Positions 9,586-21,473 are shown, counted from the first letter of the stretch. The stretch: 54,034 nucleotides of DNA from an uncultured Bacilli bacterium (GCA_934122215.1 CAKOWF010000002.1:1-54034); one strand, 5' to 3'. The notes: a model not told the origin generated them from the letters alone. Program-made: numbers and translations.

Positions 9586-10422
9586 ATGGAATATTCACCA
9601 AAAAAAATGAATGATATACTAGAACAAAATAATTTTAATTTCAAAAAAAAGTTTGGTCAAAATTTTATAGTAGATGAAAATATTATTAATAGTATTGTAA
9701 CAAAATCATTAATAGATAAAGAAACATTAGTAATAGAAATAGGACCAGGAGCTGGCTCTTTAACAGCTAAACTAGCAGAATCATCAAAACAAGTATTATG
9801 TTATGAAATAGATACAACTTTAAAAGAAATACTAAATGAAAATTTAAAACAATATAATAATGTAGATATAATATATCAGGACTTCTTAGAAGCAGATGTT
9901 ATAAATGATATAAAAAAATATAATTACAATAAATTATATATAGTTGCTAATTTACCATATTATATAACAACACCTATTATAATAAATGTTATAGAAAAAA
10001 AATTAAATGTTGATAAAATGGTAGTAATGGTTCAAAAAGAAGTTGGTGATCGTTTTAAAGCAAATGTTGGTACAAAAGATTACAACTCTTTATCAATATA
10101 TTTGAACTATTATTTTAATGTAAAAAAATTAATGGATATAAGTAGAAATATCTTTATACCAAAACCAAATGTAGATAGTATAGTAGTAGAATTTACAAAA
10201 AAAGAAAATAACTATAACTTAAAAAATGAAGAAATATTTTTTAAATTAATTCGAGATAGTTTTACACAAAAAAGAAAAACAATAAGAAACAATTTAAAAA
10301 ATTATGATTTAAATAAAATAGAAAAAATATTAAAAAAACATAATCAAGATTTAAATACAAGAGCTGAACAAATAACAATAGAAACATTTGTTGAAATAGC
10401 AAATAATTTGACAACTATTTAA
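9586..10422 (+). CDS. rsmA: 16S rRNA (adenine1518/adenine1519-N6)-dimethyltransferase
   Basis: KKKFGQNFIVD, SAM motif EIGPGAGSLT and NLPYYITTPII. Confidence 0.93.
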   Translation: MEYSPKKMNDILEQNNFNFKKKFGQNFIVDENIINSIVTKSLIDKETLVIEIGPGAGSLTAKLAESSKQVLCYEIDTTLKEILNENLKQYNNVDIIYQDFLEADVINDIKKYNYNKLYIVANLPYYITTPIIINVIEKKLNVDKMVVMVQKEVGDRFKANVGTKDYNSLSIYLNYYFNVKKLMDISRNIFIPKPNVDSIVVEFTKKENNYNLKNEEIFFKLIRDSFTQKRKTIRNNLKNYDLNKIEKILKKHNQDLNTRAEQITIETFVEIANNLTTI

Positions 10423-10461
10423 AAAAGTACTATAATACCGGGCATTAAAGGGGGAAAATAT

Positions 10462-11160
10462 ATGAAACCAATTATAGGTATAGTAGAATGGCCGTATTTA
10501 GATAAAGATAATGACTATATATATGAGGTATTAACTCCAATAATAGAATGGGTTATTAGAAGTGGAGGAAGACCATTAGGAATATTTCCAAGTAATATAG
10601 AATCATTTGTTGATAAAAGACTAAGTGAAATAACACCAATATCAGAAATAGAACATCAAGATTTGATAGAATCAATTAAATTATGTGATGCTATAATAAA
10701 ACCTGGGGCAACAAAAATATATGAACATGAAAGAAAAATATATGAATATTGCTATAAAGAAAATATACCATATTTAGGAATATGTGCTGGAATGCAAATG
10801 ATGGCAGCATATAAAAGTAATATTCAAAATGAAAAGAATAATAGTGATGTAATACATAATTCTAAAGAAATATATAGTCACAAAGTTTTAATTCAAGAAT
10901 TAACTTTATTAAAAAAATTATTAAATAAAGAAGAAATAATGGTAAATAGTCACCATAATTATCATATTGCTAGTAGCGGATGTCACAATATAAGTGCACT
11001 TGCATTAGATAATGTCATAGAAGCAATTGAAACTCCATCACATGATTTTCATATAGGAGTACAATGGCATCCAGAATTATTACCAAAAGAAGATGAGAAT
11101 AGCCAAATAATATTTGGAGAATTAATAGAGAGTGCAAAAACATATCATAAAAAGAAATAA
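10462..11160 (+). CDS. class I glutamine amidotransferase / peptidase C26 family hydrolase
   Basis: Nucleophile elbow LGICAGMQ and the His/Glu pair in VQWHPE. Confidence 0.75.
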   Translation: MKPIIGIVEWPYLDKDNDYIYEVLTPIIEWVIRSGGRPLGIFPSNIESFVDKRLSEITPISEIEHQDLIESIKLCDAIIKPGATKIYEHERKIYEYCYKENIPYLGICAGMQMMAAYKSNIQNEKNNSDVIHNSKEIYSHKVLIQELTLLKKLLNKEEIMVNSHHNYHIASSGCHNISALALDNVIEAIETPSHDFHIGVQWHPELLPKEDENSQIIFGELIESAKTYHKKK

Positions 11161-11166
11161 ATGAAG

Positions 11167-11191
11167 TAGGGGATAAAGAACCCCTATTTTT
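11167..11191 (+). terminator. rho-independent terminator
   Basis: TAGGGG, 8-nt loop, CCCCTA, then TTTTT. Confidence 0.7.
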
Positions 11192-11230
11192 ATTTTAAAA
11201 TAAAAAAATCAAAAAAAGTCTAAAAAAGTG

Positions 11231-11259
11231 TTGATTTTCATATAATTTTTATGTATAAT
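11231..11259 (+). promoter_or_regulatory. sigma-A promoter of the S10 operon
   Basis: TTGATT (11231-11236), 17-nt spacer, TATAAT (11254-11259). Confidence 0.55.
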
Positions 11260-11391
11260 GTTGAATGTGTGGCATGCGAAGATGTGTGAGGTTGCTGATA
11301 CACCAGGTTAAGTTGATAAATAATTTAAAATGATATATCAGGTTTTTACACGGAGCAAGTCTATACTCGATATAGGCGAAGGGAGGACAAT
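11260..11391 (+). promoter_or_regulatory. ~130-nt 5' leader of the S10 operon, possibly structured or autoregulatory
   Basis: Locally GC-enriched leader containing a direct repeat, TGATACACCAGGTT (11296-11309) and TGATATATCAGGTT (11331-11344). Confidence 0.3.
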
Positions 11392-11700
11392 ATGGCAAAA
11401 ACTAAAGTTAGTATCAGATTAAAATCTTTTGAACACAAAAGTTTGGATAATGCTTGTGCTAAAATAGTTGAAATTGTTAAAAGAACAGGTGGAGTTGTAA
11501 GTGGACCAATCCCACTACCAACTGAAATTGAAAAAATAACAATTTTAAGAGCAGTACACAAATATAAAGATTCAAGAGAACAATTTGAAAAAAGAACACA
11601 CAAAAGACTTATTGTTATCAATGATCCAAGCAAGGAAACAATCGATGCGTTAACACGTTTAGAAATTCCAAGTGGTGTTGATATTCAAATTAAGTTATAA
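11392..11700 (+). CDS. rpsJ: 30S ribosomal protein S10
   Basis: 102 aa, conserved S10 sequence; first gene of the operon. Confidence 0.98.
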   Translation: MAKTKVSIRLKSFEHKSLDNACAKIVEIVKRTGGVVSGPIPLPTEIEKITILRAVHKYKDSREQFEKRTHKRLIVINDPSKETIDALTRLEIPSGVDIQIKL

Positions 11701-11718
11701 AAATAAGGAGGAAATAAT

Positions 11719-12450
11719 ATGAAAGGAATCTTAGGTCGTAAATTAGGAATGACTCAAGTATTTACAAAATCTGGTAAATTAATTCCTGTAACTGTTATTG
11801 AAGTAGAACCAAATGTTGTAACACAAATTAAAACTATGGAAAATGATGGTTACGAAGCAATTCAATTAGGTTTTGATACTAAAAGAGAAAAGTTAGCGAC
11901 AAAAGCGAGCGTAGGAATTACGAAAAAAGCAAACACTGCACCTAAGCGCTTCTTTAAAGAAATTAGAGGGGTAGACATCAATGCATATACATTAGGTCAA
12001 GAAATCTCTGCAGATATCTTTACTGAAGGTGAAGTTGTTGATGTTACAGGAACTAGTAAAGGTAAAGGGTTCCAAGGGGTTATTAAACGTCATAACCAAT
12101 CAAGAGGACCTATGGGACATGGTTCACATTATCATAGAGGACCAGGTTCAATGGGAACTATGAGACCAATGCGTGTTTTCAAAGGTAAAAAATTACCAGG
12201 ACATATGGGAACTTTAACAGTAACAATTCAAAATCTTGAAATTGTTTCAGTTGATGTTGAAAATAATATAATCTTAGTAAAAGGTAATGTACCAGGAGCT
12301 AAAAATTCATTAGTTACAATTAAAACAGCTGTTAAAAATCCAGGAAAAGTAAATGAATCAGAAGAATTAAATAGCTATGTTGAAGAAACACCAGTAGAAA
12401 CTGCAAATGAAACTACTGAAGAACCAGTAGAAGAAACTGTTTCAGAATAG
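11719..12450 (+). CDS. rplC: 50S ribosomal protein L3
   Basis: [16 protein letters not shown]-terminus; 243 aa including an acidic C-terminal tail. Confidence 0.97.
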   Translation: MKGILGRKLGMTQVFTKSGKLIPVTVIEVEPNVVTQIKTMENDGYEAIQLGFDTKREKLATKASVGITKKANTAPKRFFKEIRGVDINAYTLGQEISADIFTEGEVVDVTGTSKGKGFQGVIKRHNQSRGPMGHGSHYHRGPGSMGTMRPMRVFKGKKLPGHMGTLTVTIQNLEIVSVDVENNIILVKGNVPGAKNSLVTIKTAVKNPGKVNESEELNSYVEETPVETANETTEEPVEETVSE

Positions 12451-12460
12451 GAGGTACAAT

Positions 12461-13084
12461 ATGAAAAAATTAAATATTGTTAATCTTAAAGGCGAAAAAG
12501 TAAAAGATATCGCTTTAAATGAAGAAGTATTTGGAATAGTTCCAAATGATGCAGTTTTATATGATGCTATCAAATTAGCTAGAAATTCTGAAAGACAAGG
12601 TACTCATGAAACAAAAACACGTAGTGAAGTAAGTGGTGGAGGAAGAAAACCATGGAGACAAAAAGGAACAGGACGTGCTAGACAAGGATCTATTCGTGCT
12701 GCTCAATGGTATCATGGTGGAGTAGTATTCGGACCACATATGAGAAGTTATGCTAAAAAGATGAATAGAAAAGAAAGACGTTTAGCTTTAAAATCTGCAT
12801 TAGCATACAAAGCAATTAATAGTGAATTAATTGTTGTAGATTCATTCAAATTAGAAAGTTCAAAAACAAAAGAACTAAAAAATATTTTAAAATCATTAGA
12901 AGCAACTAAAAATGTATTAATAGTTGTAAATGAATTAGATGAAAACATTATATTAGCAACACGTAATTTAGAATATGTAAATTTATTACAAGCTAATGAA
13001 GTTAATGTTTTAGACATAATTGCAGCAGATAAAATGATTATAGAAGAATCAGCTGTAAAAACTATCGAGGAGGTGCTTAAATAA
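12461..13084 (+). CDS. rplD: 50S ribosomal protein L4
   Basis: [19 protein letters not shown] motif; operon order. Confidence 0.97.
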   Translation: MKKLNIVNLKGEKVKDIALNEEVFGIVPNDAVLYDAIKLARNSERQGTHETKTRSEVSGGGRKPWRQKGTGRARQGSIRAAQWYHGGVVFGPHMRSYAKKMNRKERRLALKSALAYKAINSELIVVDSFKLESSKTKELKNILKSLEATKNVLIVVNELDENIILATRNLEYVNLLQANEVNVLDIIAADKMIIEESAVKTIEEVLK

Positions 13085-13362
13085 TGAATAATTATAGAGA
13101 TATAATCAAAGCGCCAATTATTACAGAAAAAAGTTCAGCATTAGCAGCTAATAATGTTATAACATTTAGTGTTGATGTTAGAGCAAATAAAACACAAATA
13201 AAACAAGCTATTGAATCAATATTCAATGTAAAAGTTGAAAGTGTTAATACAGTAAATGTAAGACCTAAGAAAAAAAGAGTTGGACGTTATACTGGAAAAA
13301 CTAATAAAGTAAAAAAAGCAATTGTTAAATTAAAAGAAGGAAGTTCAATAGAACTTAACTAA
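13084..13362 (+). CDS. rplW: 50S ribosomal protein L23
   Basis: [10 protein letters not shown] motif; operon order. Confidence 0.97.
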   Translation: MNNYRDIIKAPIITEKSSALAANNVITFSVDVRANKTQIKQAIESIFNVKVESVNTVNVRPKKKRVGRYTGKTNKVKKAIVKLKEGSSIELN

Positions 13363-13380
13363 TCCTAAAGGAGGTATATA

Positions 13381-14211
13381 ATGGCTATTAAAAATTATAA
13401 ACCAATGACTAATGGTACTCGTGGAATGTCAAAATTAGTAAATGAAGAAATTACAACAAGTACTCCAGAAAAATCATTAGTAGTAACATTAAAGAAAAAT
13501 GGTGGTCGTAATAATCAAGGTCGTATAACTGTTAGACACCAAGGTGGTGGAGCTAAAAGAAAATATCGTGTAATTGATTTTAAAAGAGATAAATACGATG
13601 TTATTGGAACAGTAGCAACTATTGAATACGATCCAAATAGAAGTGCAAACATTGCTTTAATTAATTATATGGATGGTGAAAAAAGATACATCATCGCTCC
13701 AAAAGGATTAAAAGTTGGAGATAAAATAGTAAGTGGAGAAAATTCAGATATTAAAGTTGGTAACGCATTACCAATCGGAAATATTCCAGAAGGTACATTA
13801 GTACATAATATTGAATTAAATCCAGGAAAAGGAGCAAGTCTAGTACGTAGTGCTGGATCAAGTGCTCAAATACTAGGACGCGAAGGAAAATACACATTAA
13901 TTCGTTTAACTAGTGGAGAAGTTAGAAAAGTGCTTAATGTATGTTATGCTACTATCGGTGAAGTAGGAAATGCCGATCATGAATTAGTTCATATTGGTAA
14001 AGCTGGACGTAAGAGACATATGGGTATTCGCCCAACAGTTCGTGGTTCTGTTATGAACCCTAACGATCACCCACATGGTGGTGGTGAAGGTAGAGCTCCA
14101 ATTGGACGTAAAGGACCAGTTACTCCATGGGGTAAACCAGCATTAGGATACAAAACACGTAAAAATAAAAAATCAACTGACAAATTAATTGTTCGTCGTC
14201 GTAAAAAATAG
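13381..14211 (+). CDS. rplB: 50S ribosomal protein L2
   Basis: [17 protein letters not shown] and [12 protein letters not shown] motifs. Confidence 0.98.
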   Translation: MAIKNYKPMTNGTRGMSKLVNEEITTSTPEKSLVVTLKKNGGRNNQGRITVRHQGGGAKRKYRVIDFKRDKYDVIGTVATIEYDPNRSANIALINYMDGEKRYIIAPKGLKVGDKIVSGENSDIKVGNALPIGNIPEGTLVHNIELNPGKGASLVRSAGSSAQILGREGKYTLIRLTSGEVRKVLNVCYATIGEVGNADHELVHIGKAGRKRHMGIRPTVRGSVMNPNDHPHGGGEGRAPIGRKGPVTPWGKPALGYKTRKNKKSTDKLIVRRRKK

Positions 14212-14227
14212 TGAAAGGATGGTATAG

Positions 14228-14500
14228 ATGGCTAGAAGTTTAAAAAAAGGACCTTTTGTTGACAAAAGTCTTATGACAAAGGTTGAAAAATTAAATGAAT
14301 CTGGAAAAAAAGAAGTAATTAAAACTTGGTCTCGCCGTTCAACAATATTCCCAGAATTTATTGGTCATACTTTCGGAGTTCATAATGGAAAAGAATTTAT
14401 TCCAGTATATGTAACAGAAGATATGGTTGGACATAAATTAGGTGAATTTGCACTAACACGTAAATGTGGTGGACATGGCGAAAACAAAGATAAGAAATAG
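14228..14500 (+). CDS. rpsS: 30S ribosomal protein S19
   Basis: [13 protein letters not shown]-terminus. Confidence 0.98.
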   Translation: MARSLKKGPFVDKSLMTKVEKLNESGKKEVIKTWSRRSTIFPEFIGHTFGVHNGKEFIPVYVTEDMVGHKLGEFALTRKCGGHGENKDKK

Positions 14501-14521
14501 TGATCAGGAAGGAGGACTAAA

Positions 14522-14857
14522 ATGGAAGTAAAAGCGATAGCAAAAGGTGTAAGAATTGCTCCTCGTAAATGCCGTTTAGTTATAGATTTAGTACGTGGAA
14601 AAAGCGTAGTAGAAGCTGATATTATATTAGGTAATATAAATAAAGAATCTGCAAGATTAAGTAGAAAAGTACTTACATCTGCAGTAGCAAATGCTTGCAA
14701 TAACTTTGGTTTAGATAAAGAAAAATTATATGTTAAAGAAGCATATGTTAATGAAGGTCAAACAATGAAAAGAATGAAATTTGGTTCACGTGGACACGTA
14801 GATCCAATTAAGAAGAGAACAAGTCATATAACAATCGTTGTTAGTGACAATAGATAG
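14522..14857 (+). CDS. rplV: 50S ribosomal protein L22
   Basis: [18 protein letters not shown] motif. Confidence 0.97.
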   Translation: MEVKAIAKGVRIAPRKCRLVIDLVRGKSVVEADIILGNINKESARLSRKVLTSAVANACNNFGLDKEKLYVKEAYVNEGQTMKRMKFGSRGHVDPIKKRTSHITIVVSDNR

Positions 14858-14868
14858 GAGGTAAACTG

Positions 14869-15546
14869 ATGGGTCAAAAAGTTAGTCCAATAGGACTTAG
14901 AGTTGGAATCAATAAAACTTGGGAATCAAAATGGTACGCAGGTAATAAAGATTTTGCAAAATTTTTAAATAATGATGTTAAAATTCGTAGATTTTTAGAG
15001 AAAAAACTAAAAGACGCAGCAGTTTCATGTATTCTTATTGAAAGAAATGCTAATAAAACAGATGTTATTATTAGTACAGCAAAACCAGGTGTTATAATTG
15101 GACACAATGGTGAAGACATAGAAAAACTTAAAAATGAAGTTGCAAAATTAGTTAATGAAAATATACAAATTTCAATTAAAGAAGTTAAAAATCCAGATAT
15201 TGATGCAGCATTAGTTGCAGAAAATATTGCTCACCAAATAGAAAATAGAGTATCATTCAGAATTGCACAAAAAAGAGCAATCAGAAATGCTATGAAGGCT
15301 GGAGCAAAAGGAATTAAAACTTCAGTATCAGGTCGTTTAGGTGGCGCTGATATGGCTAGAACAGAAGGATATACAGAAGGAAATATTCCTTTACATACTT
15401 TAAGAGCAGATATAGATTATGCTAATAAAGAAGCTGATACTACTTATGGTAAAATCGGCGTAAAAGTATGGATTTATAAAGGTGAAATCCTTGCCTCAAA
15501 AGAAAAGGGAGGTAATACTAATGGCGTTAATACCAAAAAGAACTAA
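14869..15546 (+). CDS. rpsC: 30S ribosomal protein S3
   Basis: [14 protein letters not shown]-terminus and a KH domain. Confidence 0.98.
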   Translation: MGQKVSPIGLRVGINKTWESKWYAGNKDFAKFLNNDVKIRRFLEKKLKDAAVSCILIERNANKTDVIISTAKPGVIIGHNGEDIEKLKNEVAKLVNENIQISIKEVKNPDIDAALVAENIAHQIENRVSFRIAQKRAIRNAMKAGAKGIKTSVSGRLGGADMARTEGYTEGNIPLHTLRADIDYANKEADTTYGKIGVKVWIYKGEILASKEKGGNTNGVNTKKN

Positions 15547-15949
15547 ATATAGAAGACCTCATAGATTAAGATATGATGGTGTAGCAAAAGGTAATACTGA
15601 ATTACATTTTGGTGAATATGGATTAATGGCAATGGAAGGTGCTTGGATAACTCAACAACAAATCGAAGCAGCTCGTGTTGCAATGACAAGATATATGAAA
15701 CGTGGTGGTAAAGTATGGATTAATATATTCCCACACTTATCACTAACTAAAATACCTTTGGAAACTCGTATGGGTAAAGGTAAAGGACAACCAGAAGTAT
15801 GGGTAGCAGTAGTAAAAAAAGGAAAAATTATGTTTGAAATAGGAGAAGTTAGTGAAGATGTAGCACGTGAAGCATTAAGACTTGCTATGCATAAACTTCC
15901 TATCAAATGTAAATTTGTAAAGAAAGATGGTGAAACTAATGAAGAATAG
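15521..15949 (+). CDS. rplP: 50S ribosomal protein L16
   Basis: ATG at 15521 follows GGGAGG and gives [12 protein letters not shown]. The track ORF's GTG at 15482 lies inside rpsC. Confidence 0.95.
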   Translation: MALIPKRTKYRRPHRLRYDGVAKGNTELHFGEYGLMAMEGAWITQQQIEAARVAMTRYMKRGGKVWINIFPHLSLTKIPLETRMGKGKGQPEVWVAVVKKGKIMFEIGEVSEDVAREALRLAMHKLPIKCKFVKKDGETNEE

Positions 15950-16142
15950 TGAAATCAGAGCTTTAACAAACGAAGAAATAGTTAAAAAAATTGCTGAATG
16001 TAAAGAAGAACTATTCAATTTACGTTTCAGTCAAGCCACAGGTAATTTAGAAAAACCAGCACGTATTAATGAACTTAGAAAATTAGTTGCCCGTATGAAA
16101 ACAATTTTACGTGAACGTGAATTAGAAGTTAAGGAGGGTTAA
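15939..16142 (+). CDS. rpmC: 50S ribosomal protein L29
   Basis: [15 protein letters not shown]-terminus; alternative start at 15927. Confidence 0.9.
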   Translation: MKNSEIRALTNEEIVKKIAECKEELFNLRFSQATGNLEKPARINELRKLVARMKTILRERELEVKEG

Positions 16143-16145
16143 TTA

Positions 16146-16400
16146 ATGGAAAATAAAAGAGAATTAGTTGGAAAAGTTGTAAGTGATAAAACTGATAAAA
16201 CTATTACAGTTTTAGTAGAAACTTATAAAAATGATCCACTTTATAAAAAACGTGTAAAATATTCTAAAAAATTTGCTGCTCATGATGAAAAGAACGAAGC
16301 AAAAATTGGCGATATAGTACGTATCGTTGAAACTAGACCATTATCTAGAACAAAACGTTTTCGTTTAGTAGAAATTGTAGAAAAAGCAATTATTTTATAA
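16146..16400 (+). CDS. rpsQ: 30S ribosomal protein S17
   Basis: [16 protein letters not shown] motif. Confidence 0.97.
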   Translation: MENKRELVGKVVSDKTDKTITVLVETYKNDPLYKKRVKYSKKFAAHDEKNEAKIGDIVRIVETRPLSRTKRFRLVEIVEKAIIL

Positions 16401-16425
16401 TTGAAACTGGAAGGAGGATCAATAT

Positions 16426-16794
16426 ATGATTCAACAAGAAAGCCGTTTAAAAGTAGCTGACAATTCAGGTGCACGTGAAGTTAGTGTTATTCGTGTACTT
16501 GGTGGAAGTAAAGTAAAAACTGGTAATATTGGTGATATAGTTGTTGCAACTGTAAAAAAAGCAACTCCTAACGGTACAGTAAAAAAAGGAAAAGTTGTAA
16601 AAGCTGTAGTTGTTAGAAGCAAATTTGGTCTAAGAAGAGAAGACGGATCTTATATTAAGTTCGATGATAATGCATGCGTAATTATTAAAGATGATAAGAG
16701 TCCAGTTGGAACTCGTGTATTTGGACCAGTAGCACGTGAATTACGTGACCATGATTTTATGAAAATTGTATCACTTGCTAAAGAAGTATTATAA
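16426..16794 (+). CDS. rplN: 50S ribosomal protein L14
   Basis: [17 protein letters not shown]-terminus. Confidence 0.98.
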   Translation: MIQQESRLKVADNSGAREVSVIRVLGGSKVKTGNIGDIVVATVKKATPNGTVKKGKVVKAVVVRSKFGLRREDGSYIKFDDNACVIIKDDKSPVGTRVFGPVARELRDHDFMKIVSLAKEVL

Positions 16795-16815
16795 TTTTCA
16801 GGAAGGAGAGACAGT

Positions 16816-17124
16816 ATGAACTTTAAGACTGGAGATAAAGTTGTTGTTATTACTGGTAAAGATAAAGGAAAAGAAGGAACAATTACAAAAACTTTAAGAG
16901 CTGAAAATAAAGTTATCGTTGAAGGTATAAATGTAGTTAAAAAACATGTAAAACCTCAAGGTAATCAACCTGGAAGCATCGTAGAAGTAGAAGCTCCAAT
17001 TCATGCTTCAAATGTAATGATAATCGATCCTAAAACAAAAAAAGGTACCAGAATAGGACATGAAATAGATAAAAAAGGTAAAAAAATTAGAGTAAGTAAA
17101 AAATCTAATTCAAACCTTGATTAA
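16816..17124 (+). CDS. rplX: 50S ribosomal protein L24
   Basis: KOW motif [16 protein letters not shown]. Confidence 0.97.
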   Translation: MNFKTGDKVVVITGKDKGKEGTITKTLRAENKVIVEGINVVKKHVKPQGNQPGSIVEVEAPIHASNVMIIDPKTKKGTRIGHEIDKKGKKIRVSKKSNSNLD

Positions 17125-17144
17125 TTGGAAGGAGGGTATTGTTT

Positions 17145-17684
17145 ATGAACCGCCTAAAAGAAAAATATATAAATGAAATCGTACCAAGTTTAAAAGAAGA
17201 ATTTAAATATGCTAATGTCAATCAAGTTCCAGCATTATCTAAAATCGTAGTTAATATTGGTTGTGGAGATGCTACTACAAATAGTAAGCTATTAGAAGCA
17301 GCTATGAAAGATTTAGAGTTAATTACTGGACAAAAACCAGTTGCTACAAAAGCAAAAAAAGCAATTGCCGGATTTAAAATAAGAGAAGGTCAAGCAATTG
17401 GTTGTAAAGTAACATTACGTGGAGAAAATATGTATAACTTCTTAGATAAATTAATAAGTATTACATTACCACGTGTAAGAGATTTTAGAGGAATATCTCC
17501 AAAAGCTTTTGATGGAAGAGGAAACTATACTTTAGGACTTACAGAACAATTAATATTCTCAGAAATAGAATATGATAATGTTGTAAAAGTTAGAGGTATG
17601 GATATTGTATTCGTTACTACAGCTAAAACAAATGATGAAGCATTATCTCTTTTAAAAGGATTCGGTATGCCATTTAAAAAATAA
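17145..17684 (+). CDS. rplE: 50S ribosomal protein L5
   Basis: ATG at 17145 (MNRLKEKY) follows GGAGGG; the track ORF starts two codons earlier. Confidence 0.96.
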   Translation: MNRLKEKYINEIVPSLKEEFKYANVNQVPALSKIVVNIGCGDATTNSKLLEAAMKDLELITGQKPVATKAKKAIAGFKIREGQAIGCKVTLRGENMYNFLDKLISITLPRVRDFRGISPKAFDGRGNYTLGLTEQLIFSEIEYDNVVKVRGMDIVFVTTAKTNDEALSLLKGFGMPFKK

Positions 17685-17703
17685 TGGATATTAGGAGGAT
17701 ATT

Positions 17704-17889
17704 ATGGCTAAAAAAAGTATGATTGTAAAACAATCAAGAAAACCAAAATTTAAAGTACGTGAATATACTCGTTGTGAAAGATGCGGTAGACCTCACGCAG
17801 TACTTAAAAAATATGGAATTTGTCGTATATGCTTTAGAGAATTAGCATATCAAGGACAAATACCAGGTGTAAAAAAATCTAGTTGGTAA
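17704..17889 (+). CDS. rpsN: 30S ribosomal protein S14, zinc-binding type Z (61 aa)
   Basis: CERCGR...CRICFRE zinc-ribbon cysteine pairs. Confidence 0.97.
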   Translation: MAKKSMIVKQSRKPKFKVREYTRCERCGRPHAVLKKYGICRICFRELAYQGQIPGVKKSSW

Positions 17890-17908
17890 TTAGAGAAGGA
17901 GGGATTGT

Positions 17909-18301
17909 ATGACAGATCCAATTGCAGACATGTTAACACGTATTCGTAACGCTAACGTAATGCGATATAAAGAAGTTGAAGTACCCGCTTCAAAAATTAA
18001 AGTAGAAATTGCTAGAATCTTAAAAGAAGAAGGATTCATTAGTGACTACAAAATTAAGAAAAATAATGTACAAAATATTATTTCACTTAATTTAAAATAT
18101 GGACAAAATAAAGAACGTGTAATTACTGGATTAAAAAGAATTTCAAAACCAGGATTACGTGTATATGTATCAGTAGATAAACTTCCAAGAGTTTTAAATG
18201 GACTTGGAATAGCTATCATTTCAACATCAAAGGGATTAATGACTGATAAAGAAGCAAGAAAAGAATCTCTTGGTGGAGAAGTATTAGCATGTATTTGGTA
18301 G
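17909..18301 (+). CDS. rpsH: 30S ribosomal protein S8
   Basis: [16 protein letters not shown]-terminus. Confidence 0.98.
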   Translation: MTDPIADMLTRIRNANVMRYKEVEVPASKIKVEIARILKEEGFISDYKIKKNNVQNIISLNLKYGQNKERVITGLKRISKPGLRVYVSVDKLPRVLNGLGIAIISTSKGLMTDKEARKESLGGEVLACIW

Positions 18302-18317
18302 AAAGAGAGGACATTTT

Positions 18318-18848
18318 ATGAGTCGTATTGGTAATAGAGTATTAGTTTTACCAGCAAACGTAACATTAACTGTTGATGGTAATGTTGTTACAGTAAAAGG
18401 TCCAAAAGGAGAACTTTCTACTGAAATAAACAAAAACATTACAGTAACTGTAAAAGATAATGAAGTAATCGTTGAAAGAAAAAGCGATGATTTCAAAAAC
18501 TTTCATGGTACAGCAAATGCTAATATCAAAAATATGATTATTGGTGTAACTGAAGGATATTCAAAAAATCTTGAAGCAGTAGGTGTTGGTTACCGTTTCA
18601 ATGTTAGTGGAAATAAAATAACTGTAAACACTGGTAAATCTCATTCAGATATAGTTGAAATACCTGCAGGAATCACTGTAGAAGGTATTAGTAATACTGA
18701 AATAGCAATCAAAGGTATTGATAAATGCCAAGTTGGAGAATTTGCTGCTAATATAAGAAAACTTAGAAAACCAGAACCTTACAAAGGAAAAGGTATTCGT
18801 TATAAAGATGAATACATTCAACGTAAGGAAGGTAAAAAAGCAGCTTAA
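18318..18848 (+). CDS. rplF: 50S ribosomal protein L6
   Basis: MSRIGNRVL N-terminus; operon order. Confidence 0.97.
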   Translation: MSRIGNRVLVLPANVTLTVDGNVVTVKGPKGELSTEINKNITVTVKDNEVIVERKSDDFKNFHGTANANIKNMIIGVTEGYSKNLEAVGVGYRFNVSGNKITVNTGKSHSDIVEIPAGITVEGISNTEIAIKGIDKCQVGEFAANIRKLRKPEPYKGKGIRYKDEYIQRKEGKKAA

Positions 18849-18876
18849 TTAAATTTAAGTAAAGGAGAGTAATACT

Positions 18877-19239
18877 ATGGTTAATAAAGTAGCTCGTAAT
18901 GAAGTACGTTTAGCTAGACATGCTCGTGTAAGAAATAAAATTTCTGGAACAGCAACAACACCTAGACTAAATGTATTCAAATCAAATAGTAATATTTTTG
19001 CTCAAATAATCGATGATGAAAAAGGTGTTACTTTAGTAAGTGCTTCTTCAATCGATAAAGAATTAAAATTAGCTAACGGTAGCAATGTTGAAGCTGCTAC
19101 AAAAGTTGGAGAATTATTAGCAAAAAGAGCTAAAAAAGCAAAAATAGAAAAAGTAATCTTTGATAGAGGTGGATACCTATATCATGGACGTGTTAAAGCT
19201 TTAGCTGAAGCAGCACGTGAAAATGGATTAGAATTCTAA
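18877..19239 (+). CDS. rplR: 50S ribosomal protein L18
   Basis: [18 protein letters not shown] and [17 protein letters not shown] motifs. Confidence 0.97.
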   Translation: MVNKVARNEVRLARHARVRNKISGTATTPRLNVFKSNSNIFAQIIDDEKGVTLVSASSIDKELKLANGSNVEAATKVGELLAKRAKKAKIEKVIFDRGGYLYHGRVKALAEAARENGLEF

Positions 19240-19253
19240 AAGGAGGGTAACCA

Positions 19254-19760
19254 ATGGAAAAAACAAAAAGAGAACCACGCCCAAAACAATATGAAGAACA
19301 AGTAATCAATATTGGAAGAGTAACAAAAGTTACAAAAGGTGGTCGTCATTTCCGTTTCTCAGCAACTGTTGTTGTAGGTGATAGAAAAGGTAAAGTTGGA
19401 TTAGGTACTGGAAAAGCAAATGAAGTACCAGATGCAATTAAAAAAGCTTCACAAGCAGCAACTAAAAATGTTGTAAAAATTTCATTAGTTGATGAAAGAA
19501 CAATTCCACATGAAGCAATTGGTGTAAGAGGAGCAAGTAAAGTTATGTTAAGACCTGCTGCTGAAGGTACTGGAGTTAAAGCTGGAGGACCTGTAAGAGC
19601 AGTATTAGAACTTGCTGGTGTTAAAGATATTTTATCTAAATCATTAGGATCAAATACAAAAATTAATATGGCATATGCAACACTTGAAGCATTAAAATCT
19701 CAAAGAACAATCGAAGAAGTTGCAAAACTTCGTGGTAAGAAAGTTGAGGAAATAAGATAA
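19254..19760 (+). CDS. rpsE: 30S ribosomal protein S5
   Basis: [20 protein letters not shown] motif. Confidence 0.97.
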   Translation: MEKTKREPRPKQYEEQVINIGRVTKVTKGGRHFRFSATVVVGDRKGKVGLGTGKANEVPDAIKKASQAATKNVVKISLVDERTIPHEAIGVRGASKVMLRPAAEGTGVKAGGPVRAVLELAGVKDILSKSLGSNTKINMAYATLEALKSQRTIEEVAKLRGKKVEEIR

Positions 19761-20203
19761 TGAAATTACATACTATGTATGCACAAGAAGGTGCTACAAA
19801 AACTCGTAAAAGAGTTGGACGTGGTACTGGTAGTGGACTAGGAAAAACAAGTGGAAAAGGACATAAAGGACAAAATGCAAGAAGTGGTGGAGGAGTAAGA
19901 CCTGGATTCGAAGGTGGACAACTTCCATTATTCAGAAGACTTCCAAAAAGAGGTTTCACAAATGCAATGTTCAAAACTACATATGCAGTATTAAACTTAG
20001 ATGATTTAAATAAATTTGAAGAAAACACAGAAATTACACCAGAATTATTAAAAGAAATGGGAATTTTAAAAAATCAATTAAATGGAGTTAAAATTTTAGG
20101 AAATGGAACTTTAGAAAAAAAATTAACTGTAAAAGCAAATCAATTTTCTAAAAAAGCAAAAGAAGAAATAGAAAAACTAGGTGGAAAAGCAGAGGTGATT
20201 TAA
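19760..20203 (+). CDS. rplO: 50S ribosomal protein L15
   Basis: [21 protein letters not shown] motif. The start overlaps the rpsE stop by 1 nt. Confidence 0.97.
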   Translation: MKLHTMYAQEGATKTRKRVGRGTGSGLGKTSGKGHKGQNARSGGGVRPGFEGGQLPLFRRLPKRGFTNAMFKTTYAVLNLDDLNKFEENTEITPELLKEMGILKNQLNGVKILGNGTLEKKLTVKANQFSKKAKEEIEKLGGKAEVI

Positions 20204-20204
20204 A

Positions 20205-21473
20205 ATGTTTGCAGAATTCAAGCAAATATTTAGTCCCAAAAATAAAGATTTAAGAAAGAGAATATTATTCACATTTCTTGCTTTATTTATTTTTAAGCTT
20301 GGAACAACTATAATAGTACCAGGAATCGATGCTGATAGTTTAGGAACAAATAGTTTAGGATTTTTAGATTTAATGAATGTAATGGGTGGAGGAGCACTTG
20401 AGAAATTTTCAATATTTGCTCTAGGTGTTGCACCATACATTACAGCATCAATTATTATGCAATTATTACAAGCAGATATAGTTCCATATTTTGCAGAATT
20501 ATCTAAGCAAGGTGGAACAGGAAGAGCAAAATTAAATAAAATTACAAGATATTTAGGTATAGCTTTAGCATTTATACAAGGTTATATATTCTCATTTGCA
20601 TTTGTACCAAATGGTACACCAGTAGAATATTTAACTTTCGCACTTATTCTAACAGCTGGAACATCATTACTACTATGGATTGGTGATCAAATAACAGCTA
20701 AAGGAATAGGTAATGGTATATCATTATTGATTATGGCTGGTATAATAGCTACATTACCTAACATGTTTTACCAAGCATGGACTGGATTAGTAGATTTTAC
20801 TACTACACAGACTATGTTATTTGGAATTACAAAGTTTGCTATATTTATAATTGTATATATATTAATTATTGTTGGAGTTGTATATATTGAATGTTCTGAA
20901 AGAAGAATACCAATTCAATATGCTAACAAATCAACAATGGTACAATCTAAAAATTATATTCCATTCAAATTAAATTCAGCAGGAGTTATGCCAGTTATAT
21001 TTGCCTCAATTGTTGTATCAATACCAAATATAGTTGCAGCAATAACTAAAAATGAACAAATTAAATTATTTATAGATAAATACTTATCTTATTATTCATC
21101 AATAACTGGATTTATATTATATGTTGTTTGTATATTTGTATTTGCTTACTTTTATACATTCTTCCAATTAAAACCTAAAGAACTTGCTGAAGATATAAAT
21201 AAAAATGGTGGATTTATACCGGGAGTAAGACCTGGTGATGAAACCGTAGATTATATTAGCAAAGTGTTAAAAAGAATAACTACAATAGGAGCATTAAGTT
21301 TAACTATTCTAGCAGCAATACCAATACTTTGTGGATTTATTCCAAATTTACCTTCTAGTATTAGACTTGGAGGAACAAGTTTATTAATAGTTGTTGGTGT
21401 AGCGCTTGAAACTTATAAACAATTATCTAGCGAACTTGTAACACGTAATTATACAAGAGGTAGAAGAAGATAA
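20205..21473 (+). CDS. secY: preprotein translocase subunit SecY
   Basis: 10-TM protein with the LGVAPYITASIIMQLL motif; operon position. Confidence 0.97.
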   Translation: MFAEFKQIFSPKNKDLRKRILFTFLALFIFKLGTTIIVPGIDADSLGTNSLGFLDLMNVMGGGALEKFSIFALGVAPYITASIIMQLLQADIVPYFAELSKQGGTGRAKLNKITRYLGIALAFIQGYIFSFAFVPNGTPVEYLTFALILTAGTSLLLWIGDQITAKGIGNGISLLIMAGIIATLPNMFYQAWTGLVDFTTTQTMLFGITKFAIFIIVYILIIVGVVYIECSERRIPIQYANKSTMVQSKNYIPFKLNSAGVMPVIFASIVVSIPNIVAAITKNEQIKLFIDKYLSYYSSITGFILYVVCIFVFAYFYTFFQLKPKELAEDINKNGGFIPGVRPGDETVDYISKVLKRITTIGALSLTILAAIPILCGFIPNLPSSIRLGGTSLLIVVGVALETYKQLSSELVTRNYTRGRRR

